Positions 8,537 to 17,048 of a stretch of 64,000 bases of DNA are shown in pieces (positions within the stretch are counted from its first letter, which is position 1; every line of letters starts with the position of its first letter). The DNA is taken from positions 21,700-85,699 of the forward strand of contig SKMK01000034.1 of the NCBI GenBank assembly GCA_007121075.1, in the 5' to 3' direction. The translations under genes were made by a program, and so were the position numbers. This stretch comes from Syntrophomonadaceae bacterium (GTDB lineage: Bacteria > Bacillota > Dethiobacteria > DTU022). The notes under the pieces are model-generated. The model searched no databases. It was not told where the DNA came from and saw only the letters and a program-made list of their open reading frames with translations.

Positions 8537-10436
8537 TGCAGTAGAAAAAGAAGCCCTGGAATCTTTGGAAAAAGAGCAAAATAACGATATCCCCCAGATT
8601 TATGTCGGCTGTGCCACCTGCGGCAACGCCACCGGGGCCCAATCGGTAGTCCAAACCATAAAAAACAAGCTGGAAAGAGAAGGCGTCAAGGCCGAGATCA
8701 AAGAGGTCGGCTGTATCGGGATGTGCTTTGCCGAAGTCCTGGTTGACGTGATCAAACCCGGACGGCCGCGCATTTCCTACCAGGATGTAACCGCGGAAAA
8801 AGCCGAAGAAATCATCGACAGCTACATCATCAACGACGACCACCGCCCCGACCTGGCCCTTGGATTTTTCGGTGAAGGCGGCCCGGAAGACGTCGAGAGG
8901 ATCGACACCGGCGACGTGTTCAAAAACCAGCAGAGAGTTATTTTGAAAAACTGCGGGGTTATAGACCCGGAGAACATTAACGAATATATCGCCAGGGGCG
9001 GTTACAGAGGCCTGGCCGAAGCGCTCGAAATGAAGCAGGAAGGCATTATCGGCGTCCTAAAGGATTCAGGGCTGAGAGGACGCGGCGGCGCCGGCTTCCC
9101 GGCCGGGCGCAAGTGGGAATCCTGTTTGAAACCCCAGGCCGATCAAAAATACGTCATCTGCAACGCCGACGAGGGAGACCCCGGCGCCTTCATGGACCGC
9201 TCGGTCCTGGAAGGAGACCCACACTCGGTGATCGAAGGGATGATCATTGCCGGGTACACCATCGGCTCCTCAAAGGGTTATTTCTACGTCCGCGCCGAGT
9301 ATCCCCTGGCCATCAAGCGGCTGCGCAAAGCTATCGCCCAGGCCAAGGAGAAAAACCTGCTCGGCGAAAACATTCTGGGCACGGGCTTTGACTTTGATCT
9401 GGAAATATTCCAGGGCGCAGGCGCCTTTGTCTGCGGCGAATCGACGGCCCTGGTCATGTCTATCGAAGGCAACCGCGGCTGGCCCAAACCACTGCCCCGC
9501 CCCAGGACCACCGAGGAAGGTCTGTGGGGAAAACCGACCCTCTTGAACAATGTCAAGACTTTCTCCGTGGTGCCCCAGATCCTGAGCAAGGGCGCCAACT
9601 GGTTCAGGAGTATCGGCACCGAGGGCAGCCCCGGCACGGCTGTTTTTGCCCTGACCGGAAAGATCAACCGCAGCGGTTTGATCGAAGTGCCCATGGGTAT
9701 CGAGTTGAAAAAAATTATTTATGAAGTCGGCGGCGGCATCCTGGACGACAGGAAGTTCAAGGCCGTTCAGACCGGCGGCCCTTCGGGCGGTTGTTTGCCG
9801 GATGATAAACTACACCTGTCGGTCGATTTCGACACCCTGGTCGAAGCTGGATCGATGATGGGTTCAGGCGGTATGGTCGTCATCGACGAAACCACCTGTA
9901 TGGTTGACGTGGCCCGCTACTTCCTCGATTTTACCTTCGAGGAGTCCTGCGGCCAGTGCGTGCCCTGCAGGCAGGGCACCCAGCAGATGCTTGAGGTGCT
10001 GAACGATATCTGCGAGGGCAGGGGCCGTGAAGGCGACATCGAACACCTGATTGAACTGGGCGAGTCGATTATCAAAGGTTCCATCTGCGGTCTGGGCCAG
10101 ACAGCGCCCAACCCGGTCCTGAGTACGATCCAGTACTTCCAGGATGAATATGAAGCCCATATTAAAGACCACTCCTGCCCGGCCCTGGTCTGCAAGAACC
10201 TGATCGTATACCATATTGATGAAGAAAAATGCACCGCCTGCGGGCGCTGCCGCAAGGCCTGCCCGGTTGAGGCGATCAGCGGCGAGAAGAAAGTGCCGCA
10301 CAAGATCGACCAGGAGTTGTGCACGAAGTGCGGCATTTGCTTCCAGGAATGCCCCGAGCGCTTCAGCGCCGTGGAGCGCCTGACAGGAAAAGAAAATCTG
10401 GCTGCTGCGGCTAGAGGGAGGTTAACCGATGTTTAA
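8520..10436 (+). CDS. NuoF/HydB-like FMN- and NAD(H)-binding subunit with N-terminal thioredoxin-like [2Fe-2S] domain and C-terminal 2x[4Fe-4S] ferredoxin domain
   Basis: 638 aa. Motifs: GRGGAGFPAGRKW, CNADEGDPGAFMDR, ESCGQCVPCR, and C-terminal CTACGRCRKACP / CTKCGICFQECP. It overlaps the upstream gene by 17 nt. Confidence 0.9.
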   Translation: MIQKFDAVEKEALESLEKEQNNDIPQIYVGCATCGNATGAQSVVQTIKNKLEREGVKAEIKEVGCIGMCFAEVLVDVIKPGRPRISYQDVTAEKAEEIIDSYIINDDHRPDLALGFFGEGGPEDVERIDTGDVFKNQQRVILKNCGVIDPENINEYIARGGYRGLAEALEMKQEGIIGVLKDSGLRGRGGAGFPAGRKWESCLKPQADQKYVICNADEGDPGAFMDRSVLEGDPHSVIEGMIIAGYTIGSSKGYFYVRAEYPLAIKRLRKAIAQAKEKNLLGENILGTGFDFDLEIFQGAGAFVCGESTALVMSIEGNRGWPKPLPRPRTTEEGLWGKPTLLNNVKTFSVVPQILSKGANWFRSIGTEGSPGTAVFALTGKINRSGLIEVPMGIELKKIIYEVGGGILDDRKFKAVQTGGPSGGCLPDDKLHLSVDFDTLVEAGSMMGSGGMVVIDETTCMVDVARYFLDFTFEESCGQCVPCRQGTQQMLEVLNDICEGRGREGDIEHLIELGESIIKGSICGLGQTAPNPVLSTIQYFQDEYEAHIKDHSCPALVCKNLIVYHIDEEKCTACGRCRKACPVEAISGEKKVPHKIDQELCTKCGICFQECPERFSAVERLTGKENLAAAARGRLTDV

Positions 10437-13104
10437 AGTTACTATTAACGGTTTAGAAACTGAAATCGAAAAGGGAGCAACAGTATTAGAAGCAGCGGAA
10501 AAAGTAGGTATTTATATCCCCACCCTCTGTCATCACCCTGATCTTTCCACTTTCGGCGGCTGCCGGGTTTGCATGGTCGATACCGACGGCAAAATTGTCA
10601 CTGCCTGCCGGGCGCCCGTTGCAGATGGCATGGTTGTCAAAACTGACACGGAAGAAGTACGCCAGGTGCGCCTTTCCAACGTGGAGCTGATCCTGGCCAG
10701 CCACAATGAAGACTGCCAGAACTGCACGCGCAACAATAGCTGCCGGCTCCAGGAAGTGAGCGCCTTTGTCGGGATCAACCAGGAGCGAATGAGTCGGATC
10801 CGTCGCTCTGTGGAACCGGTTAAGGAGGACGACAGCAACCCCTTCTTCCACCGCGATTTTACCAGGTGCATCCAGTGCGGGATCTGCATCCGTACCTGTG
10901 AAGAAATCAACGGGGTGGCGGCCATTCATTTTGCCTTCCGCGGCTTCCACACCAAGGTTTCCGTTTTAGGAGACAAGCCAATCAAGGACTCCAAGTGCGA
11001 GTCCTGCGGCGAGTGTGTGGTGCGCTGTCCAACCGGGGCCCTGTACCTGACCAGGCCGGAAACACCGGAGCGCGAGGTGGAAAGCGTCTGCACCTACTGT
11101 GGAGTGGGCTGCGGCATTAAGATCGGTGTTCGCGGAGACCGGGTGGTCAAGGTCGACGGGAACCGGGATAACGAAGTAAATCGCGGCGATCTATGCGTTA
11201 AAGGGCGATATGGGTTCGACTTTATCAACCACCCCGAACGTCTGAAGACACCCCTGATTAAAAAAGACGGGATCTTCGTGGAAGCTAGCTGGGATGAAGC
11301 TCTTGATTTTATTGCCGATAAAATGAGCGACATCAAGGCCAAACACGGGGCCGATGCTTTAGGCGGGATCAGTTCAGCCCGCTGCAGCAACGAAGAAAAT
11401 TATCTCTTCCAGAAGCTGTTCCGGGCCATGGGCACGAACAACGTGGACCACTGCGCCCGCCTCTGACACGCTCCGACCGTAGCCGGTCTGGCTACAGTAT
11501 TCGGCAGCGGGGCAATGACCAACAGTATCGATGACATCGCCGACGAGGCTAAGGTTTTCTTCATCACCGGATCCAATACCACCGAGACTCACCCGGTTAT
11601 TTCTTACCGGATAAGGCGGGCCATCAAGAACGGCGCTAAATTGATCGTGGCCGATCCCAGACGAATTAAGATGGCAGAAAATGCAGATGTATTTCTACAG
11701 CTTAAACCGGGAACTAACGTCGCCCTGCTCCAGGGCATGGCCAAAGTCATCCTTGACGAAAAGCTTTACGATGAAGATTTCATCAAGAACCGCACCGAAG
11801 GATTCGAGGATTATGCCGAAAAAATTGGCGGCATTGATCTGAACGAAATGGCCGAAATCACAGGGGTCCCTGCGGAAAAAATAACCGATGCAGCCCGGAT
11901 TTATGCCGGTAGCGATCCGGCAGCCATTCTTTATACCATGGGCATCACCCAGCACACAACCGGCACGGACAACGTCCTGGCCCTGGCCGGCCTGGCCACC
12001 CTGACCGGGAACCTGGGCAAACGCGGCGGCGGCGTCAATCCGCTGCGGGGTCAGAACAACGTGCAGGGGGCCTGCGATACGGGCGCTTTGCCCAATGTTT
12101 TTCCCGGTTACCAGCCGGTCAGTTCGCCGGAAGCGAACCAAAAATTCTCTGAAGCATACGGTGCTGAAATACCGGATAAACCGGGCATGCCCATGACAAA
12201 AATGTTTAAGGCGGCCCTGGAAGGCCAAATCAAAGGGGTTTATGTGATGGGAGAAAACCCGGCTGTAAGCGAACCGGACATCTGCAAAATCACAGAAGCC
12301 CTGGAAACGATGGAACTGGTCGTTGTGCAGGACCTCTTTTTCACCGAAACAGCAGATTACGCCGATGTTGTTCTTCCGGCAGCTTCATTTGCCGAAAAGG
12401 ACGGCACTTTCGTTAATACCGAAAGGCGGGTCCAGAGGATCCGCAAGGCAGTTAACGCCCCCGGCGAGGCCAAAAGCGATCTTGACATCTTCTGCGATCT
12501 GGGTCAAAAGCTGGGCCTGAAAGGCTTTAATTACAGCGGCGCCACCGAGGTAATGAAAGAAATCGGCGAGCTGAACCCGAAGTGGAAAGGGATCACCTAC
12601 GAAAGGCTCGAGGAAGGCGGCCTGTGCTGGCCCTGCCTCGACGAAAACCATCCAGGCACGCCAATCCTGTACGGTGAAAAGTTCCTGACCGGAAGTGGCA
12701 AAGCCCAGTTTAAACCAGTCGATTACAAACCATCGGCCGAAGCTCCGGACGATGAATACCCGTTCATCCTCACCACCGGAAGGTCACTTTACCATTACCA
12801 TACCGGGACCATGACCCGCCGGTCCGCAGGCTTGAGCGATCTTTACGATATGGAAAAAGCCCTGATCAGCAAGGAAGATGCCGAACGCCTGGGCTTGAAC
12901 GAAAACGACAGGGTCCGCCTGACCTCCAGGCGAGGCGAAGTTGAAGCTGAAGTCAAGCCCGTTTCGGAATTAAAGGAAGGAACGGTCTTTATGACCTTCC
13001 ATTTCGCCGAAACCTGTGCCAACCAGCTGACTAACTCCGAGCTGGACCCGGTGGCAAACATTCCGGAACTGAAGGTCTGCGCGGTAAACCTGGAGAAGGT
13101 CTAA
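10429..13104 (+). CDS. fdhA: Formate dehydrogenase alpha subunit, selenocysteine-containing (N-terminal 2Fe-2S/4Fe-4S NuoG-like domains fused to a molybdopterin oxidoreductase); UGA 11464-11466 decoded as Sec
   Basis: ORFs 10429-11466 and 11515-13104 are in the same frame, and the 48 nt between them are open. The junction reads [26 protein letters not shown]. The ATG at 10429 has GGGAGG 7 nt upstream. The molybdopterin and C-terminal beta-barrel domains follow. Confidence 0.85.
11464..11504 (+). other. UGA(Sec) codon plus bacterial SECIS-like hairpin
   Basis: TGA at 11464-11466. Hairpin GTAGCC-GGTCT-GGCTAC (11479-11495), extended by CCGA (11473-11476) pairing with TCGG (11501-11504). The apical loop GGUCU resembles the E. 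coli fdhF SECIS loop. Confidence 0.7.
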
Positions 13105-13220
13105 AGTAAGTTTTAAAATACAGGATCCGGGTTCCATGGCGACATTTAAAAACCCGGTTTAATCAAAGTTTCGAACAGCAGTCAAAATAATCCAGGCAGG
13201 CTTCTGTCGCATATTAAAAA

Positions 13221-13253
13221 GTTGTCAGGAAACATGGGCCTGGCAACTTTTTT
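13221..13253 (+). terminator. Intrinsic terminator of the fdh operon
   Basis: GTTGTCAGG-N9-CCTGGCAAC (9 bp stem with one G-U pair) followed by TTTTTT (13248-13253). Confidence 0.7.
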
Positions 13254-13282
13254 ACCCTTTCCTGGAAAGGATTGAACAGTAA

Positions 13283-13450
13283 ATGCCGGATTGGGTCCAC
13301 TCCATCCTCTACATCGCGATAATGGCCACAATAATGATCACAACCGCTTACTACACCGAAAATATTATTGCAGTGATCGCCAGCCTGATAGTGGGCCATA
13401 TATTTACGTCTGCCATTATCAAGCTCATGCCCGGTTTCTGGGGGGATTAA
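13283..13450 (+). CDS. Small hydrophobic protein (55 aa, two predicted TM helices), below the ORF-track size cutoff
   Basis: ATG at 13283, with GGAAAGGA 11-12 nt upstream. Translation: MPDWVHSILYIAIMATIMITTAYYTENIIAVIASLIVGHIFTSAIIKLMPGFWGD. The listed antisense ORF 13214-13399 looks non-coding. Confidence 0.35.
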   Translation: MPDWVHSILYIAIMATIMITTAYYTENIIAVIASLIVGHIFTSAIIKLMPGFWGD

Positions 13451-13524
13451 TGTCCGGTTAAGCGATTATTATAGTAGAAATACTGGACAAATATGATATA
13501 ATAGGCAAAAAGGAGATGAGCAAT

Positions 13525-14031
13525 ATGTTATCAGAAAAACTTTTAGCCAAATTAAATGAACAGATTACCCACGAGTTTTATTCCGCCCACTACTACCTGG
13601 CCATGGCCGCCTACTTCAAAAAGGAAGACTTGGACGGCTTCGCCAACTTCTTCCTGGTCCAGGCCGAGGAAGAACGGTTCCATGCCATGAAATTCTTCAA
13701 CTTTATTATTGACCAGGGAGAAGAGGCGGTCATTACCGGCTTTAAAAATCCCAGGCGTGATTTTAAGTCGGTCGAAGAGATCTTTAACCTGGCCCTGGAG
13801 CACGAGCAGCTGGTCAGCAGCCTGATCAACGATCTAATGGCCGTGGCGCAGGAAGAAAAGCACTATGCCAGCATCAGCTTCCTGCAGTGGTTCGTAGACG
13901 AACAGGTGGAAGAAGAAGCAACCATGGGCAAGCTGTTAAACCAGATCAAGCGGGTCGGGGAACAGGGCCACGGCATCCTGATGCTGGACAGGGAACTGGC
14001 TGCCAGGAGCTTTACCCCGGAAGGGGAATAA
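13525..14031 (+). CDS. ftn: Ferritin (non-heme, Ftn-type)
   Basis: The ORF track starts at ATG 13516, which abuts the SD. ATG 13525 (MLSEKLLAKLNEQITHEFYSAHYYLAMAAYF) is 9 nt after GGAG. Ferroxidase-centre residues sit in typical contexts (EFYS, EEERFHA, LEHEQ). Confidence 0.88.
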   Translation: MLSEKLLAKLNEQITHEFYSAHYYLAMAAYFKKEDLDGFANFFLVQAEEERFHAMKFFNFIIDQGEEAVITGFKNPRRDFKSVEEIFNLALEHEQLVSSLINDLMAVAQEEKHYASISFLQWFVDEQVEEEATMGKLLNQIKRVGEQGHGILMLDRELAARSFTPEGE

Positions 14032-14076
14032 GGCGGGGAGCTCACAAAGAAAGACTTTTTAAAACAGGAGAATAAT

Positions 14077-14120
14077 GAAAAAGCCCTTCACAGTTTTAAT
14101 CCGGCCGGGGGGCTTTTTTC
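14077..14120. terminator. Bidirectional terminator between ferritin and the DUF2284 gene
   Basis: AAAAGCCC ... GGGCTTTT stem flanked by A-run and T-run (GAAAAAGCCC-N22-GGGGCTTTTTTC). Confidence 0.55.
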
Positions 14121-14140
14121 TAAGTGTCGATCAGGTGTTT

Positions 14141-14584
14141 TTATTCAACCATCAGGAAGGCATAGCGGTTCATTTCCTGGTCATAGCTGTGCAATACTTC
14201 AATTGGATAACCTACACTGCGCACCGTAGAAAATACGTCCACTGCCAGAGACTCGGGGCCGGGCCGCGAGTCTTCCTTATTCACGCAGGCTTCTCTTTCC
14301 CCGGTGCAGCTGGCGCAGAGGCGGCACTCATCCATAAACAGCATAAAAGCCTTGTGGTAGCCGGACCAGAATACCTCCCTTTCCAGTTTGAGCAGCTCTT
14401 TGCTTACTTCCCTGCTCCAGGCCACCCGATCTTCGGGACGGTCGACCTTTTTAGCCAGATGAAAAATTACTGCTTGCTCGTATTCATTGAAAAAAGCGCG
14501 GCACTCCTCAACTGAAGGCACCTGGGGCGGGCAGGATCCCTTTTTGCCGTAACTGGTGCAGCCGAAAATGCACTTGAAACGCAC
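14141..14584 (-). CDS. DUF2284-type predicted metal-binding protein (N-terminus probably extends to ~14680)
   Basis: Motif RFKCIFGCTSYGKKGSCPP. The frame is open 32 codons upstream of the listed GTG (ISDYSRLEEIFKRHSFDDFRWIKASQIEVVHW) but has no canonical start there. See findings. Confidence 0.75.
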   Translation of the reverse strand: MRFKCIFGCTSYGKKGSCPPQVPSVEECRAFFNEYEQAVIFHLAKKVDRPEDRVAWSREVSKELLKLEREVFWSGYHKAFMLFMDECRLCASCTGEREACVNKEDSRPGPESLAVDVFSTVRSVGYPIEVLHSYDQEMNRYAFLMVE

Positions 14585-14838
14585 CCAGTGGACAACTTCA
14601 ATCTGGGAGGCCTTGATCCAGCGGAAATCATCAAAACTGTGACGCTTGAAAATCTCTTCCAGCCTGCTGTAATCAGAAATAGCAACTTCCCCCTTTAATT
14701 ACAACGGATAAACTGCTTCCTTACTGGTATAAGAGTTGATTAAAGATTAATTAACGGCCCTGCTAATATTTCTGCAGGGCCGCCCTAAATCCTGCCTGGT
14801 GAAGGAGATCGCCCTGCAGGGAGATAAGGTTGCCTAAA

Positions 14839-14867
14839 TTGATCAAAATCCCTATTTGCTCTATAAT
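14839..14867 (+). promoter_or_regulatory. Sigma-A type promoter for the RnfD-like gene
   Basis: TTGATC (14839-14844) - 17 nt - TATAAT (14862-14867), 27 nt upstream of the ATG at 14894. AAGGAGG lies between them. Confidence 0.6.
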
Positions 14868-14893
14868 ATTTATATAGATAAGGAGGTCCAAAC

Positions 14894-15751
14894 ATGAAAA
14901 TGATGAAAGGTATGCTCATTGCCCTGGCGCCAATAACGATCTTTGCCATTTACTCTTACGGCCTCAATGCCGTACTCCTTATTGTCGTCAGCGTTGCCGC
15001 GGCAGTTGCCTCGGAAGCCCTCTACCAGTATACAACTAAAAAACCTCTTAAAATTAATGATTTAAGCGCCGTCGTGACCGGCCTGCTCCTGGCCCTGACC
15101 GTCTCGCCTTCTCTTCCCCTTTATGTGGCAGCGGCAGGCTCGGTATTCGGGATTATCATCGGCAAGCAGTTGTTCGGCGGGTACGGAAAAAATATTTTTA
15201 ATCCGGCCCTGTTCGGGCGGTTGTTTATTATCTACGCCTTCCCGGGAACGATGACTCCCTGGCTGGCTCCTGTTGACGGGACGGCCACGGCAACCCCCCT
15301 GCAAATTGCCCGCAGTGAAGGCGTCCTTACTCCCCTTCAGGACCTGTTCCTGGGGACTGTACCCGGAAGCCTGGGCGAAACTTCAGCACTCCTGATCTTG
15401 ATTGGCGGAGGCTGGTTAATCTACCAGCGTTATGCCAACTGGCGCATCCCGGCCAGCTGCCTGGCCGCTGTAATCCTGGTTTCCCTGTTTACAGGGCAAA
15501 ATGTGCTGTTCCATCTCCTTTCCGGGAGTTTACTCCTGGGCGCGTTCTTCATGGCCACTGATCCGATTACCTCGCCAAAAACTCAGCCCGGCCGTTACAT
15601 TTTTGGCTTCGGGGTGGGCTTGATTATCATGGCTATGCGCCTGTGGGGATGGTTGCCGGAAGGAACAACTTTCGCCATTATTGGCTTGAACCTGTTCGTA
15701 CCCCTGATCAACCGGTACACCAGGCCCAAGCCTAAACCCAAAACAACATAA
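14894..15751 (+). CDS. RnfD/NqrB-family membrane protein, orphan copy
   Basis: 285 aa polytopic protein with AAGGAGG 8 nt upstream. Family segments: GKNIFNPALFGR, VDGTATATPLQ, GETSALLILIGG, FMATDPITSP, LINRYTRP. No other rnf or nqr genes are in the window. Confidence 0.8.
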   Translation: MKMMKGMLIALAPITIFAIYSYGLNAVLLIVVSVAAAVASEALYQYTTKKPLKINDLSAVVTGLLLALTVSPSLPLYVAAAGSVFGIIIGKQLFGGYGKNIFNPALFGRLFIIYAFPGTMTPWLAPVDGTATATPLQIARSEGVLTPLQDLFLGTVPGSLGETSALLILIGGGWLIYQRYANWRIPASCLAAVILVSLFTGQNVLFHLLSGSLLLGAFFMATDPITSPKTQPGRYIFGFGVGLIIMAMRLWGWLPEGTTFAIIGLNLFVPLINRYTRPKPKPKTT

Positions 15752-15769
15752 CAAAGCAAAGGTCATCCC

Positions 15770-15804
15770 AAAAACCCGGGGGACAGCTTCCCCGGGTTTT
15801 TTTT
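15770..15804 (+). terminator. Intrinsic terminator after the RnfD-like gene
   Basis: CCCGGGG-N7-CCCCGGG followed by TTTTTTTT (15797-15804). Confidence 0.8.
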
Positions 15805-15923
15805 GCACGGCCTGTAAATAATCTGTTAATTACAGCTTCGCCTTGACGATAATAACTACAGGAAGAAAGATATTTGAGCAATTTCAACAGGCTGGAAAAG
15901 CCGCTAAAACAGGGGGTATAACC

Positions 15924-17048
15924 ATGGAAAAACTGACTGTAGGAATTAAACAGGCCGCTTTTCTTGCAGGGTTGGACCAGCTGATGAACAAAGCCTGGTT
16001 GTGCCTGGCAGGATCAGTATTATTACTGCTCGTCCTTGCCCGCCTGCCGGAATGGATCCTGCCCCCTGAAACCCAGATTTTCCTGGTACCGGCCGTGGCC
16101 ATTATTTCCATCGTGGCCGCCTTTTTGTTTAATTATGCCGGTTTAATCGTGGCCCTGGCCGCAAACTTTTCAGCCACAGCCCTGCTTTATAACCGCTGGG
16201 CGGCTACGGGGGAAGAAGCGATCCCGGTAATTATTGCCCTGCTCATCTATTCAACCCTGGGCGCGCTGATTATCTCCTTTTTCAAAGGAAAAGAAGAAAC
16301 CCACCGTCAAAATCTGGAGTGGATATCGACCATCGACTGCCTGACCGAAATTTACAACCACCGCTACTTTCAGCAGAGGCTTACCGAAGAATATGCCCGT
16401 TCCAAACGCAGCAAAACGCCCCTGGCCCTATTGTTTATCGACCTGGATAATTTCAAAACCTTCAACGATCAAAACGGACACTTGCTTGGCGACCGGGTGT
16501 TGAAAAAAACAGCTTCTTTCCTGAAAAAAGAGGTCCGGATCCACGATATTGTTTGTCGCTATGGCGGAGACGAGTTCGTGATTATACTGCCGGACACGGA
16601 TGCAGAAGAAGCCGGCCTTCTGGCAAAACGCCTGGTCAAAACGTTCAATATGCAAAAATTGCCCGGCCGGCCCGGCACGAGGGTCAGGCTGAGCATGTCA
16701 ATCGGGACCTCATCGTACCCGGACCGCAGCAGTGATATTAAAGAGCTGGCCCAGCACGCCGACCACGCCCTCTACCTGGCCAAGGAGGCGGGCAAAAACA
16801 AAACCAGGGTCTACGGCAATGATCACCCTGAAGATAAAGGCAAAACCAAATCAGCCAAAACCAGCTTTAGTTACAAAGCCTGCAAGCACGCCCTGATTTC
16901 AAATTGCCGGGCCATGATGAATGGACCAAAGGAAAAATATGATAACACGATCATAATCGGCATAGCCCTGAGCATCGGCCATACAGGGTTTGATGACAGC
17001 ACGCTGCTGTCCTGCGGCAGTAAAAATGTGAAGGTTAAAGTACATTAA
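15924..17048 (+). CDS. Membrane-anchored diguanylate cyclase (GGDEF domain)
   Basis: The ORF track starts at TTG 15843. ATG 15924 (MEKLTVG...) has GGGGG 8 nt upstream. About 4 TM helices, then DCLTEIYNHRYF ... RYGGDEFVIILP ... HADHALYLAKEAGKN. The ~80 aa C-terminal tail is unassigned. Confidence 0.85.
   Translation: MEKLTVGIKQAAFLAGLDQLMNKAWLCLAGSVLLLLVLARLPEWILPPETQIFLVPAVAIISIVAAFLFNYAGLIVALAANFSATALLYNRWAATGEEAIPVIIALLIYSTLGALIISFFKGKEETHRQNLEWISTIDCLTEIYNHRYFQQRLTEEYARSKRSKTPLALLFIDLDNFKTFNDQNGHLLGDRVLKKTASFLKKEVRIHDIVCRYGGDEFVIILPDTDAEEAGLLAKRLVKTFNMQKLPGRPGTRVRLSMSIGTSSYPDRSSDIKELAQHADHALYLAKEAGKNKTRVYGNDHPEDKGKTKSAKTSFSYKACKHALISNCRAMMNGPKEKYDNTIIIGIALSIGHTGFDDSTLLSCGSKNVKVKVH

Noticed and set aside
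11515-11517. ATG at 11515 as an independent start of a 529 aa molybdopterin protein
   Set aside because: It has no SD, lies in frame with the upstream ORF, and falls inside the conserved ...GSGAMTNS... segment. It is better explained as an internal Met of the Sec-containing FdhA.
14075-14685. ORFs 14075-14515 (+) and 14467-14685 (-) around the DUF2284 gene
   Set aside because: The first is an antisense shadow. The second is an out-of-frame TTG ORF only 2 nt from the SD and lacks family features.
17045-17048. 4 nt overlap of the convergent cyclase and protease stop codons as a regulatory feature
   Set aside because: This is common in compact genomes. There is no terminator or antisense signal to support a special mechanism.
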